Assembly (NCBI GenBank): GCA_045638285.1
Contig: JAZUBB010000019.1
Coordinates: 43,053-107,052, forward strand
DNA from: Alistipes sp.
Lineage (GTDB): Bacteria; Bacteroidota; Bacteroidia; Bacteroidales; Rikenellaceae
Direction of reading: 5' to 3'
Length of the DNA stretch: 64,000 nucleotides
Numbering within the stretch: position 1 is the stretch's first letter; every line of letters begins with the position of its first letter. The notes under the pieces were generated by a model. It saw nothing but the letters and a program-made list of their open reading frames with translations. It was not told the origin of the DNA and searched no databases. A program made the translations under genes and the position numbers. Of the stretch, positions 1 to 8,303 are shown piece after piece.

Positions 1-1613
1 TTGAGTTGCACAACAGCGTCAGCAATCCGTTGTTCGGTCTGGGCGTTGATGCCGATATGATGAACAGCACCGTGAATGCTCTCTACGCTCAGCAGTCGGG
101 TCTTGGTATGGGCAACCGCGACTACTATCTCGACGAGGAGAACGCCTCGAAACGTGAGGGTTACGTTGCCTTCCTGACCAAAGCATTCGAGTTGGCAGAG
201 ATCGAGGGCGCGGCTGAGAAGGCTGCTGCCGTTCTCGACTTCGAGACCAAGATGGCTAAGGAGTTCCGCTCGATGGTTGAGTTGCGCGACATCAACGCAA
301 ACTACAACCCCACCACCCGCGAGGCTTTCGTAGCGCGTTACGACGCGATTGATTGGGAGAGCTACTTCGCAGCAGTCGGTATCAGCGACTTCGAGCAGGT
401 GATCGTAGGTCAGCCTGAGGTTTTGGACGCTGTAAACAATCTGCTCAAATCGACCTCGATCGAGGTTGTTAAGGACTACCTCGCAGCAGGCTACCTGCGT
501 AGCGCAGCGTCGTATCTGAACGACGAACTGAACGCCGCATCGTTCGACTTCTTCGGTCGTCAGATGTCGGGCGCACAGCAGCAGCGTCCCCGCTGGAAGC
601 GTGCTATGGGCGTGCCCAACTCGATTTTGGGTGAGGCAGTTGGTAAGATGTACGTTGCGAAGTACTTCCCTGAGGAGGACAAGGCACGTATGACCGAGAT
701 GGTCAAGAACTTGCAGGTGGCACTTGGTCAGCATATCGAGGCTTTGGAGTGGATGAGCGACGAGACAAAGGCTCGCGCACAGGAGAAGCTCGCCTCGTTC
801 ACCGTTAAGATCGGCTACCCCGACAAGTGGAAGGATTACTCGTCGCTCGAAATCGACCCCACGCTGTCGTATTGGGAGAACATCAAGCGCGCAAGTGCTT
901 GGTACACAGCCGACAACTTCGCTAAGTTGGGCAAGCCCGTCGATCGCGACGAGTGGTTTATGTCGCCTCAGACCGTGAACGCTTACTACAACCCCACCAC
1001 CAACGAGATCTGCTTCCCCGCAGCAATTTTGCAGCCCCCCTTCTACAACTCGGAGGCTGACGACGCGGTGAACTATGGTGCTATCGGCGTTGTGATCGGT
1101 CACGAGATGACCCACGGTTTCGACGATCAGGGTCGCCAGTTCGACAAGGACGGCAACCTGAACGATTGGTGGACCGCAGCCGACGCTGCCGCTTTCAACG
1201 AGCGTGCCGATAAGTTGGTTGCTCAGTTCGACGCTATCGAGGTGCTGGCAGCAAAGGAGGATCAGCCCGCCATATTCGCAAATGGTCGCCTGTCGCTCGG
1301 TGAGAACATCGCCGATCAGGGTGGTCTGCGCGTGGCTATGACCGCACTGCGCAACTCGCTCGAAGGCAAGGAGACACCCGCTCCGATTGACGGTTACACC
1401 GCAGAGCAGCGTTTCTACTTGGCTTACGCTACCCTTTGGGCACAGAACATTCGTGACGAGGAGATCGCTCGCCTGACCAAAGTCGATGTTCACTCGCTCG
1501 GCAAGAACCGCGTGAACGCAACACTGCGCAATATCGAGGACTTCTACACCGCATTCTCGATCGAGGACGGCGCGATGTTTATGCCCGTCGAGGAGCGCGT
1601 TGTGATCTGGTAA
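1..1613 (+). CDS. pepO: M13 family zinc metallopeptidase (PepO/neprilysin-like), C-terminal 535 aa; 5' end outside window
   Basis: ORF 6..1613 is open to the window edge. It has an HEMTHGFD (HExxH) zinc site and the downstream GENIADQGG block typical of M13 endopeptidases. A hairpin terminator follows. Confidence 0.85.
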   Translation, partial: ELHNSVSNPLFGLGVDADMMNSTVNALYAQQSGLGMGNRDYYLDEENASKREGYVAFLTKAFELAEIEGAAEKAAAVLDFETKMAKEFRSMVELRDINANYNPTTREAFVARYDAIDWESYFAAVGISDFEQVIVGQPEVLDAVNNLLKSTSIEVVKDYLAAGYLRSAASYLNDELNAASFDFFGRQMSGAQQQRPRWKRAMGVPNSILGEAVGKMYVAKYFPEEDKARMTEMVKNLQVALGQHIEALEWMSDETKARAQEKLASFTVKIGYPDKWKDYSSLEIDPTLSYWENIKRASAWYTADNFAKLGKPVDRDEWFMSPQTVNAYYNPTTNEICFPAAILQPPFYNSEADDAVNYGAIGVVIGHEMTHGFDDQGRQFDKDGNLNDWWTAADAAAFNERADKLVAQFDAIEVLAAKEDQPAIFANGRLSLGENIADQGGLRVAMTALRNSLEGKETPAPIDGYTAEQRFYLAYATLWAQNIRDEEIARLTKVDVHSLGKNRVNATLRNIEDFYTAFSIEDGAMFMPVEERVVIW

Positions 1614-1634
1614 TCGGAACTTTATATTATTAAA

Positions 1635-1668
1635 AATGGAGTTGCTTTTCAGAGTAACTCCATTTTTT
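1635..1668 (+). terminator. Intrinsic terminator after pepO
   Basis: Arms AATGGAGTT / AACTCCATT are followed by a T-run. Confidence 0.6.
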
Positions 1669-1771
1669 GCACCTCCTTCGCCCCCCGAAAGTCGATAAGC
1701 GAGATGTTGCGAAATGTGCGGTCAGAGAAAAATAATTGTGAATTGCGCATTGTGAATTGTGAATTGATGCG

Positions 1772-1779
1772 TACCTTTG
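1772..1779 (+). promoter_or_regulatory. Bacteroidota -7 promoter box (TAnnTTTG) for rnpB
   Basis: TACCTTTG lies about 6 nt upstream of the predicted RNase P RNA 5' end. Confidence 0.5.
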
Positions 1780-1784
1780 CAGCC

Positions 1785-2152
1785 GCAGAGGCGGGCTCTA
1801 CCGCTGTCCCCGCAAGGGGAGGGAGGAAAGTCCGGGCAACGCAGAGTGCCGTGCTTCCTAACGGGAAGATGGTCGTGAGATCATAGTAGCGTAACAGAGA
1901 ATAACCGCCTGCCGCCCACGTGTGGGCTTGGCAGGTAAGGGTGAAAAGGCGGGGTAAGAGCCCACCGCCGTCGTGGCGACACGTGCGGGTCCGTACGCCT
2001 TACGGGTTGCAAGACCGCGTATACCGACAATTAAGGGTTACTCGTCCAATGTCGGGGGGTAGGTTGCTGGAAGTGTCGAGTGATCGGCATTGTAGATAAA
2101 TGGTAGAGGCTCCGCTCGTCGGAGTACAGAACCCGGCTTATACCACCTCTGC
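1785..2152 (+). ncRNA. rnpB: RNase P RNA, bacterial type A
   Basis: Universal GGAGGAAAGTCCGGGC block near the 5' end and ACAGAACCCGGCTTA near the 3' end. P1 pairing is GCAGAGG (1785-1791) with CCTCTGC (2146-2152). Length about 368 nt. The overlapping ORF 1704..1886 is spurious. Confidence 0.9.
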
Positions 2153-2161
2153 AAAAATTAA

Positions 2162-2195
2162 ACGGAATCGTTCTCGGTGAGCGATTCCGTTTTTT
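2162..2195 (+). terminator. Intrinsic terminator after rnpB
   Basis: Arms ACGGAATCG / CGATTCCGT are followed by TTTTT. Confidence 0.65.
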
Positions 2196-2205
2196 CGTCT
2201 TAATT

Positions 2206-2330
2206 AATCTTGAATCTTGCTTTTGCTTTTTGAATCTTGCTTTTTGAATTTTGAATTAGCAAAACCCTCCGATGATGAACCTAAATGTCAGCAAAGTAAT
2301 TTTGAATTTTGAATCTTGAATTTTGAATTA
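2206..2330. repeat. Composite intergenic repeat: two 7-bp tandem arrays flanking a CCGATGATGAACCTAAATG module
   Basis: Arrays of TTGAATC/TTGCTTT/TTGAATT units lie at 2206-2257 and 2298-2330. The central module recurs at 6020-6040 and, inverted, at 9361-9378. Confidence 0.8.
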
Positions 2331-2370
2331 CAAAAAAAGCGGGCGGCTATAATTGTGAGCCAAGAACGAA

Positions 2371-2979
2371 CTATCTCAGCTTGTGACCGATCAGGTTGAG
2401 GAACTCCTCGCGGGTGCGGTGGTCCGAGAGGAACGTACCCGTAAATGCCGAGGTGGTGGTTACGGAGTTCTGCTTTTGGATACCGCGCATCTGCATACAG
2501 GTGTGACCTGCCTCGATCACCACTGCCACGCCCAACGGGTTGAGAGCCTCCTGAATGCTGTCGCGGATCTGCACCGTCAGACGCTCCTGCACCTGCAAGC
2601 GGCGGGCGAAGCACTCCACCACGCGAGCGATCTTCGACAGACCGGTGATGTAGCCATTGGGGATATATGCCACGTGCGCCTTACCGAAGAAGGGAAGAAT
2701 GTGGTGCTCGCACATCGAGTAGAGCTCGATGTCCTTGACAATCACCATATGTCGGTAGTCCTCCTTGAACATCGCCGACTGGATAATCTGCTTCGGGTCC
2801 TCGTTGTAGCCCTTGGTCATAAATGCCATTGCCTTAGCCACACGTTCGGGTGTTTTGAGCAGACCTTCGCGGTCGGGGTCCTCGCCGAGCAGACGCAGGA
2901 TCTCGCGGTAGTGAACCATCAATTCGCTGATAGTCTTTTCGTCGTAGCGATCTTCGCGCACGTAATTGGGGTTTTCCAT
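2371..2979 (-). CDS. folE: GTP cyclohydrolase I
   Basis: 202 aa with the conserved [10 protein letters not shown] and GHTCMQMRG blocks of FolE type 1. Confidence 0.93.
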   Translation of the reverse strand: MENPNYVREDRYDEKTISELMVHYREILRLLGEDPDREGLLKTPERVAKAMAFMTKGYNEDPKQIIQSAMFKEDYRHMVIVKDIELYSMCEHHILPFFGKAHVAYIPNGYITGLSKIARVVECFARRLQVQERLTVQIRDSIQEALNPLGVAVVIEAGHTCMQMRGIQKQNSVTTTSAFTGTFLSDHRTREEFLNLIGHKLR

Positions 2980-3006
2980 AGTTTGCCTCAGTTGTTAAAT
3001 TTTCGG

Positions 3007-3014
3007 CAAAGGTA
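3007..3014 (-). promoter_or_regulatory. -7 promoter box for folE
   Basis: Plus-strand CAAAGGTA is TACCTTTG on the minus strand, about 28 nt upstream of the folE ATG. Confidence 0.45.
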
Positions 3015-3281
3015 CGCAATATTTTTTAATTATAAGGCAAACTGCAATTTTGGTTAAATAATCCAGCTGATTCGCCCAAAAATCCAATCTTTGCTCCCAA
3101 AAGCAAAAAAACTCACATCTTGCAAAAAATCACTAATCGAGCCACTTAGGAGTGATCGCGCAACGCAAGAGGGTGAACTGAGTTTCGATTTGAAACCAAA
3201 GCTGCGCAAAATGCTTTCGATCCGAAATTTCGCTCACAAAAAAAGCATAGGAGAAAATTTGTTTATTTAGTTTCAAAACCA

Positions 3282-3289
3282 TATATTTG
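3282..3289 (+). promoter_or_regulatory. -7 promoter box for the lipoprotein gene
   Basis: TATATTTG lies 34 nt upstream of the ATG at 3323. This supports the downstream start. Confidence 0.45.
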
Positions 3290-3322
3290 CATTTACGAAA
3301 TCACTTAAAAATGCTTATTAAT

Positions 3323-4795
3323 ATGAAGAAATTTTTCACTCGCTTTGCTGCCGTTGCAATGACATTGGTAGCAGCATTCTCGTTCGTAGCTTGCGAAGAG
3401 GATAAGGTTGAAGAGGTTGCAGTATCGGACGCAACCGTTGAGGTAGCCGTAACGGCTAAGGACGCTCAGTCGGCAACTTTCGCCATCACCACCACTAAGG
3501 CTGAGGCAGTTGCTTACTATCGTACCACCGACACTAAGTTTATCGCAACTGGCGACTTCGTTTTCAAGAATGGTAAGGAGGTTGAGCCCAACACCACCGT
3601 TAGCGTTTCGATGCCCTACTTGGAGGAGATGAGCGACTACCGTCTGGTTGTTGCAGCTCGCGCTGCTAATGGTGCTTACACCGTGACCAATACCAATGTT
3701 CATATTCCCGACTTCGCAACTTCGTTGTCGATTTCGGTTGCTAACCTGACTTACAGCGGTGCTGAGGTTACCGTTACCCCCAGCGAGCACACCGCTAAGT
3801 TCGTAGTAGGTATCGGCGATGGCAACTCGACCGTTGAGCAGTTCTTGGCTGGCGAGATCGAGACCGTTAGCGCAAACGGCAACGAGCCTAAGACCGTGAC
3901 TTTGCAGAACTTGGACGCTGAGACCGATTATATCGTTTACGCTCAGGCATTCAACCGCGAGAACACCGGTAGCGATGTTGTTAGCCAGAAGGTTACCACT
4001 CTCTATGGTCCTGGTTGCGACATTCAGGTTTCGATGGACAACACCATTCAGGCTTACGTAACCTACACCCCCAACGACAAGTGCGGTGGCGTGATCGCAT
4101 TGGCTGCTTCGGCATCGGTTTACTACGATTTCGCTGAGGCATTCGGTGGCGAGCAGTCTCTGTTGGAGACCTACTATATGTTGGATATGGCTGACGTTGT
4201 TATGGCTGGCGAGACCAAGACCTCAATGTGGGCAATGAACGGTGAGTGCGACTATGAGTATCTGGTTGCAGCGATGATTCTGGACGAGAACGGCAATGTC
4301 TACGAGATCGTTCACGCTCCCTTCACCTCGCCTTCGTTCGACGAGAACGCTCCCGAGGCAACCGCAACCATCACTCTCGGTGAAGTTACTTCGACCACTG
4401 CTCAGTTGATCTACACGATGGGTGAGGGTACCATTGGTTACTATCAGTCGGTTTACTCGCAGCTTGACTACGATGAGTTGGTAGCTTACGGTGAGTCGAT
4501 CGGTATGACTGAGGAGGAGTACATTCAGCAGTACACCGCATTCTACGGTTACTCGATGTTCGAGAACGACGACTATGTATGGCCCGGTTTCGATCCCGAC
4601 ACCGAGTACGTAGCAGTTGCTTGCCCCTTCAACAAGAACGGTATCGAGGGTTACGGTAAGATGACCACCTTGAAGTTCAAGACTGCTGTCGCTGATGCTG
4701 AGGGTGCAGCAGCAGTACGCGAGTTCGTAACCAAGAAGGCTACCACCAAGCGTGCTTTGGTTCGCAAGGAGCAGCTCGACGCTTTGAAGAAGTAA
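3323..4795 (+). CDS. Hypothetical surface lipoprotein with repeated Ig/Fn3-like modules
   Basis: Signal peptide MKKFFTRFAAVAMTLVAAFSFVAC with a lipobox Cys. There are three internally similar beta-rich segments (ATVEVAVTAKDAQSATFAITT / LSISVANLTYSGAEVTVTP / ATATITLGEVTSTTAQLIYT). I recognised no family. Confidence 0.7.
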   Translation: MKKFFTRFAAVAMTLVAAFSFVACEEDKVEEVAVSDATVEVAVTAKDAQSATFAITTTKAEAVAYYRTTDTKFIATGDFVFKNGKEVEPNTTVSVSMPYLEEMSDYRLVVAARAANGAYTVTNTNVHIPDFATSLSISVANLTYSGAEVTVTPSEHTAKFVVGIGDGNSTVEQFLAGEIETVSANGNEPKTVTLQNLDAETDYIVYAQAFNRENTGSDVVSQKVTTLYGPGCDIQVSMDNTIQAYVTYTPNDKCGGVIALAASASVYYDFAEAFGGEQSLLETYYMLDMADVVMAGETKTSMWAMNGECDYEYLVAAMILDENGNVYEIVHAPFTSPSFDENAPEATATITLGEVTSTTAQLIYTMGEGTIGYYQSVYSQLDYDELVAYGESIGMTEEEYIQQYTAFYGYSMFENDDYVWPGFDPDTEYVAVACPFNKNGIEGYGKMTTLKFKTAVADAEGAAAVREFVTKKATTKRALVRKEQLDALKK

Positions 4796-4822
4796 TTCGA
4801 AATACTAATCAAGTGATATGCA

Positions 4823-4856
4823 AAAGCCGCACTCTTCGGGGTGCGGCTTTTCTTTT
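4823..4856. terminator. Hairpin terminator, usable from both strands
   Basis: AAAGCCGCAC-TCTTCGGG-GTGCGGCTTT is flanked by A-run and T-run sequence. It lies between convergent genes. Confidence 0.6.
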
Positions 4857-4858
4857 GT

Positions 4859-4990
4859 TAATTCAAGATTCGAAAGGCAAAAATTTGAATTTTGAATCTT
4901 GAATTTTGCTTTTTTTGAATTTTGCTTTTTTTGAATCTTGAAAGCAAAAATTTGAATTTTGAATCTTGAATTTTGAATTTTGAATTTTAA
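4859..4990. repeat. Longest 7-bp tandem repeat array (TTGAATT/TTGAATC/TTGCTTT units), with an internal inverted segment
   Basis: About 130 nt of heptamer units. AATTCAAGATTC at the left end is the reverse complement of the GAATCTTGAATT units further right. Confidence 0.85.
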
Positions 4991-5001
4991 ATAATCTCCA
5001 A

Positions 5002-5430
5002 TTAGTAATCCTTCAAAAAGAGTTTCCAACCCGCATCGAGGGCGTCGAGTTGGGCGGGTGAGGGTTCGTGACCGCGTTCGAAACGGCTCATAGCCTCGGC
5101 AATGGCTCTCAGGCGTATGTCGCGCGGCTGCAACTCAGCGTCGGGATCGACCTCCGAGCGCGAGGCAACGAATCGGATATAGCTCTCGGTGTCGTTTTCG
5201 GAGGGTGGTGCCCAGCGCGTGATGATGGCACGCAGGGTGTCGATTGCATAGCGACGGCGGTAAGATTCGAGCAACACAAACATCGCTCGGTAGCCCCACT
5301 CGTCGCTCTCGAACTCCTTGAAGGCGGGGTCGCACGAGGGGCGTCGCTCACCGCGATAGCGCACTCCGCAACGGCGGATATTACCTGGGTTGTGGTTGCG
5401 TTCGGCTCGGGTCAGGGGGTGACGTTTCAT
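5002..5430 (-). CDS. Putative phage lytic enzyme (NHNPGNIR-motif family)
   Basis: 142 aa with an N-terminal RNHNPGNIR motif and a WAPPSENDT block. I recall these from a family often annotated as phi6 P5-like structural/lytic protein. ATGA overlap with the upstream holin gene. The assignment is from memory only. Confidence 0.45.
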   Translation of the reverse strand: MKRHPLTRAERNHNPGNIRRCGVRYRGERRPSCDPAFKEFESDEWGYRAMFVLLESYRRRYAIDTLRAIITRWAPPSENDTESYIRFVASRSEVDPDAELQPRDIRLRAIAEAMSRFERGHEPSPAQLDALDAGWKLFLKDY

Positions 5431-5870
5431 AGTTTTGGAGTGATTTGATTACCGAGCGTGTCGGCGAGTTGTTTCTGCATAAATTGTCTGAGCCAGCGAA
5501 AGGGTGGGTAGTTGCACACCTCAGCGCCGTTTTCGAGGAAACTCCACAACTCGACTCCGCACGTGAATCCCGTGAAGAGGTTTGCCAGACGCAGGTGGGC
5601 GAAGTCTAAAATCAGCGAGTCAATGAGCCACGCGAGGGCGATACCGACGATGATAATTGCGGTTTTGCGGATTGTATCCCACGCGCGATGGCTCTCGAAG
5701 CTCCACGCCGTACCGAGGCGTGCGGCGCGGTGGCGCGAGGCGAGGACACCCGTCACGAAATCGACCGCCACGAAGGTGATGGCGCAACAGATGAGTCCCG
5801 CAATGGGGGCAAACAGCCCGACGAGAGCCGACAACGCCCCGAAAATGAGTTTGAAAAGGGTGTTTTCCAT
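5427..5870 (-). CDS. Phage holin (holin_4 / toxin-secretion-lysis holin family)
   Basis: 147 aa with 3-4 predicted TM helices. It has the family-typical VDFVTGVLAS block after TM2 and is coupled to the lysin gene by a 4-nt overlap. Confidence 0.7.
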   Translation of the reverse strand: MENTLFKLIFGALSALVGLFAPIAGLICCAITFVAVDFVTGVLASRHRAARLGTAWSFESHRAWDTIRKTAIIIVGIALAWLIDSLILDFAHLRLANLFTGFTCGVELWSFLENGAEVCNYPPFRWLRQFMQKQLADTLGNQITPKL

Positions 5871-5897
5871 AGGTAGTTAAGTGTTAGCGTTTTTTTT

Positions 5898-5924
5898 AAT
5901 TCAAAAAGCAAAATTCAAGATTTT
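5898..5924. repeat. 7-bp repeat array (AATTCAA/AAAGCAA orientation)
   Basis: TAATTCAAAAAGCAAAATTCAAGATTT. Confidence 0.7.
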
Positions 5925-5943
5925 ACTTTACTATTAAAAGAGT

Positions 5944-6040
5944 ATACGCGGCGGCAGGGGGCGGCGCAACTGAAAGTTGCGGGTGCCGCCGCGTATGTCG
6001 AAATCAGAGATTTCGCCCGCCAATGATGAGCCTAAATGGA
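5944..6040. repeat. GC-rich nested palindrome (variant) plus CGAAATCAGAGATTTCG hairpin plus GATGAGCCTAAAT module, inside the phage-like operon
   Basis: Outer arms ATACGCGGCGGC (5944-5955) / GCCGCCGCGTAT (5985-5996). Inner hairpin GCGCAACT-GAA-AGTTGCG with a G-rich bulge. Same architecture as the copies at 17834, 21585, 26463 and 47968. Confidence 0.8.
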
Positions 6041-6050
6041 GGCAACGGAA

Positions 6051-6085
6051 TTAATTTTGAATCTTGAATTTTGAATTCTGAATTT
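6051..6085. repeat. 7-bp repeat array directly 3' of the 158-aa ORF
   Basis: TTAATTTTGAATCTTGAATTTTGAATTCTGAATTT. Confidence 0.75.
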
Positions 6086-6087
6086 CG

Positions 6088-6564
6088 TCAAGCGACTACT
6101 CCGCCGTCGATTCGGCAGCGACGCCAAATGTTCATTCGTGCGTTGTATTCGGGATAGTTGTCGGGGGCGGATTCGATTCGCGCGACGGCTTTACGCAGCA
6201 GCGTCGTTGCCTGAGCGAGAGTGGTGCGACGCAGCGAGCGGAGTTCGTTTTCGGTTGCGGCGTCGAGGTATTGGTTCGAGCCCTTCGACACTCCTGCCGC
6301 ACCTGTGCGCAGGGCGAGGGCGGGCAACATCAACGCGCGGGTGTAGAGCGCGAGGGCAGGAGCGACCCACTTGTCCATAAGTTCGGCATAGTCGCCTCCA
6401 ATCATCGCCTCAACCATCGCCTCGCCCAAGACGGGAACAATGAATCGCTCCTGCGCCACGCTGATAGTCAGCGGGTTGATGTCGTCAGGCGTAACGTGGT
6501 CGAGTGGCGCAAAGGCTTGCGAGGCGACCTTTTCGGGTGAAATAAGGTTTTCCATAGCGTTCAT
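6088..6564 (-). CDS. Hypothetical phage protein (possible head-completion/adaptor protein)
   Basis: 158 aa. Its start codon abuts the portal stop codon, which suggests translational coupling. Function is guessed only from its position after the portal gene. Confidence 0.55.
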   Translation of the reverse strand: MNAMENLISPEKVASQAFAPLDHVTPDDINPLTISVAQERFIVPVLGEAMVEAMIGGDYAELMDKWVAPALALYTRALMLPALALRTGAAGVSKGSNQYLDAATENELRSLRRTTLAQATTLLRKAVARIESAPDNYPEYNARMNIWRRCRIDGGVVA

Positions 6565-7779
6565 TTAGTCGATGTTACGAAGGTTATACTTAGTGATCTG
6601 CGCCAAGAAGGGCTGCTGGTCCTCCGCCTCAGGATCGTAGTCCAGTCCGTCAGCCTTGCGAGCCTCCCAAACGCGCATATAGAGGGGTTTGGCTTTGGTC
6701 GGCGGGCGGTTGACAATCTGCAACGACGAGGTGTCAAGACCCAAAATCGAGCGCATCAGCTCCTCGATCGGCTCCATCAGTTCGGCTTGCTCGGCAAGGA
6801 TCACGGTATTGAGCGCGATCTCATATTCGTGCAGAATACGGTCGGCATTGAATCCCGACGAGTAGTCCAGACCGCTCAACGCGCGGAACCACGAATGTGC
6901 CACAACGATGTCGCTCGTAGCCTGCGAGTGGAGGTCGGTCCAGTCGCCGTCGTTCGCCGAGCCGATGGGAATGAAGCGCGAGTTGTCGTCGCCTGCGCCA
7001 TCGCGGATCACGAACATCACCTGCCCGGGCGAACCTGCAAAACGACGCTCGGCACGACGCACCAGATCGTATGCCGCCTGCTCGTTGTCGATGTCGGCGT
7101 CGAGCATCATCACGCCCGAGAGTTGGAACGAATTGTCCAGACGCGAAATGTTCCAACGGTCTGTTTTGTAGGCGATTGCCGATACGTTCATACCTGCGAT
7201 GTAGGGCGGCACGCCATAGTGCGAGAACATCGGTTCGTAGTCCTTGTAGTGGATCATCGCGCGATGCAGACCCTCGTCATCGACCTCGAACGTGGGATAG
7301 AGAGCCACCGAACGCGCCTCGGCGAGCTTGAAGTGAGCCCAATCGTGGTGCAACAACACGTGCTGGTTGTCGCGTGCGAGGCGGCAGTGCGAGGCGTCGT
7401 GGTGGTAGAGCGCGAGAAACGAGTGGTCGGCATCGGTCACCACCTCCAAAAAGGCGTTGCCGAACAGCGACTTGTCGAATGCCAAACGGTTGAGCGTCTG
7501 ACGGAGCGTGTCGCCCGCACCATTGACGCGCTCGACAAACGAGCCGAGCAGGCGGTTCGAGTGGTCGAAATTGAAACCCTTGCCTGAGATGTAGTCTGCC
7601 TTGTCGTTGATGATTCGGCGGTGGGTTGTCGAGCGACGCGACATCAGCGCAAGAGCCTCAGGGAGCAGGTTGTCGTCGCCCCAACGCCAAAATTTATCGC
7701 TCTTGCAGCGCGTCGAGCGAACGAAGTAGGGATCCGAGCGATCGGCGGCAGCCAAAATTTTAGTTGGTTTATTGCTCAT
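6565..7779 (-). CDS. Candidate phage portal protein
   Basis: 404 aa. The N-terminal block LLPEALALMSRRSTTHRRIINDKADYISGKGF resembles the conserved N-terminal block of HK97/PBSX-type portals as I remember it. Size and context fit. Not verified by a profile search. Confidence 0.5.
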   Translation of the reverse strand: MSNKPTKILAAADRSDPYFVRSTRCKSDKFWRWGDDNLLPEALALMSRRSTTHRRIINDKADYISGKGFNFDHSNRLLGSFVERVNGAGDTLRQTLNRLAFDKSLFGNAFLEVVTDADHSFLALYHHDASHCRLARDNQHVLLHHDWAHFKLAEARSVALYPTFEVDDEGLHRAMIHYKDYEPMFSHYGVPPYIAGMNVSAIAYKTDRWNISRLDNSFQLSGVMMLDADIDNEQAAYDLVRRAERRFAGSPGQVMFVIRDGAGDDNSRFIPIGSANDGDWTDLHSQATSDIVVAHSWFRALSGLDYSSGFNADRILHEYEIALNTVILAEQAELMEPIEELMRSILGLDTSSLQIVNRPPTKAKPLYMRVWEARKADGLDYDPEAEDQQPFLAQITKYNLRNID

Positions 7780-7797
7780 AGTCTTTTCGGTTGATTT

Positions 7798-8301
7798 TTA
7801 GTTGATTAGAACGGGGGCGAGGCTCTCGGTATAACATTCGAGCATAATGTACGAAACGGGGCGTTCGTCGCGTTCCGCCTCGACCGAGTGACGCGCGGAG
7901 CCCATACGCAGCGGTTGCTCATAGCCCAGCAGAGGCGACACGCCGACCAACAGTTCCAAACCCGTATTGAGCCTTACGCGGGCAACCAAACCACCCAATC
8001 GCGTCGCCTCACGCAACGAGTCGATGAAGGCGGCGGTATCCTCGCGTGCGGGGAGTTCGAATCGCAGGGCGTGGTAGATCTCGGTCATACCGTTGCTGAC
8101 GGTTGCGGTCTGAATGTATGAGCCCGACTCGGGTATGAAATTGACGCGCACAAAGTGGTCGTCACCAATGATTTGCGGTTGCGAGCAACGTGTTTTGGTC
8201 GAGTCGAATGTAGGCAGAGCTAAACTTCGAGCCTCGATCAGTTCAATGGTGGCGACTCCCCCGACAAGGGAGCCGCACACACGGTTGAAACTTTCGATCA
8301 T
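7798..8301 (-). CDS. Hypothetical phage protein between the capsid and portal genes
   Basis: 167-aa intact ORF, 2 nt downstream of the capsid-candidate stop. I recognised no motif. Confidence 0.55.
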   Translation of the reverse strand: MIESFNRVCGSLVGGVATIELIEARSLALPTFDSTKTRCSQPQIIGDDHFVRVNFIPESGSYIQTATVSNGMTEIYHALRFELPAREDTAAFIDSLREATRLGGLVARVRLNTGLELLVGVSPLLGYEQPLRMGSARHSVEAERDERPVSYIMLECYTESLAPVLIN

Positions 8302-8303
8302 AG

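Noticed and set aside
1704-1886. A 60-aa ORF upstream of folE.
   Set aside because: It overlaps the 5' part of the RNase P RNA gene, including the GGAGGAAAGTCCGGGC block. The non-coding RNA explains the sequence.
4859-4990. The tandem arrays considered as a CRISPR array.
   Set aside because: The unit is only 7 bp, there are no unique spacers of 25-40 bp and no cas genes. The arrays are scattered at many loci.
4805-5029. A 74-aa ORF translating as FKIQNSRFKIQ..., and similar KFKIQNSKF peptides at other loci (for example 54261-54557).
   Set aside because: These are translations of the 7-bp tandem arrays. The periodicity is 7 nt rather than 3 nt, the same repeats occur in both orientations, and no start context is present.
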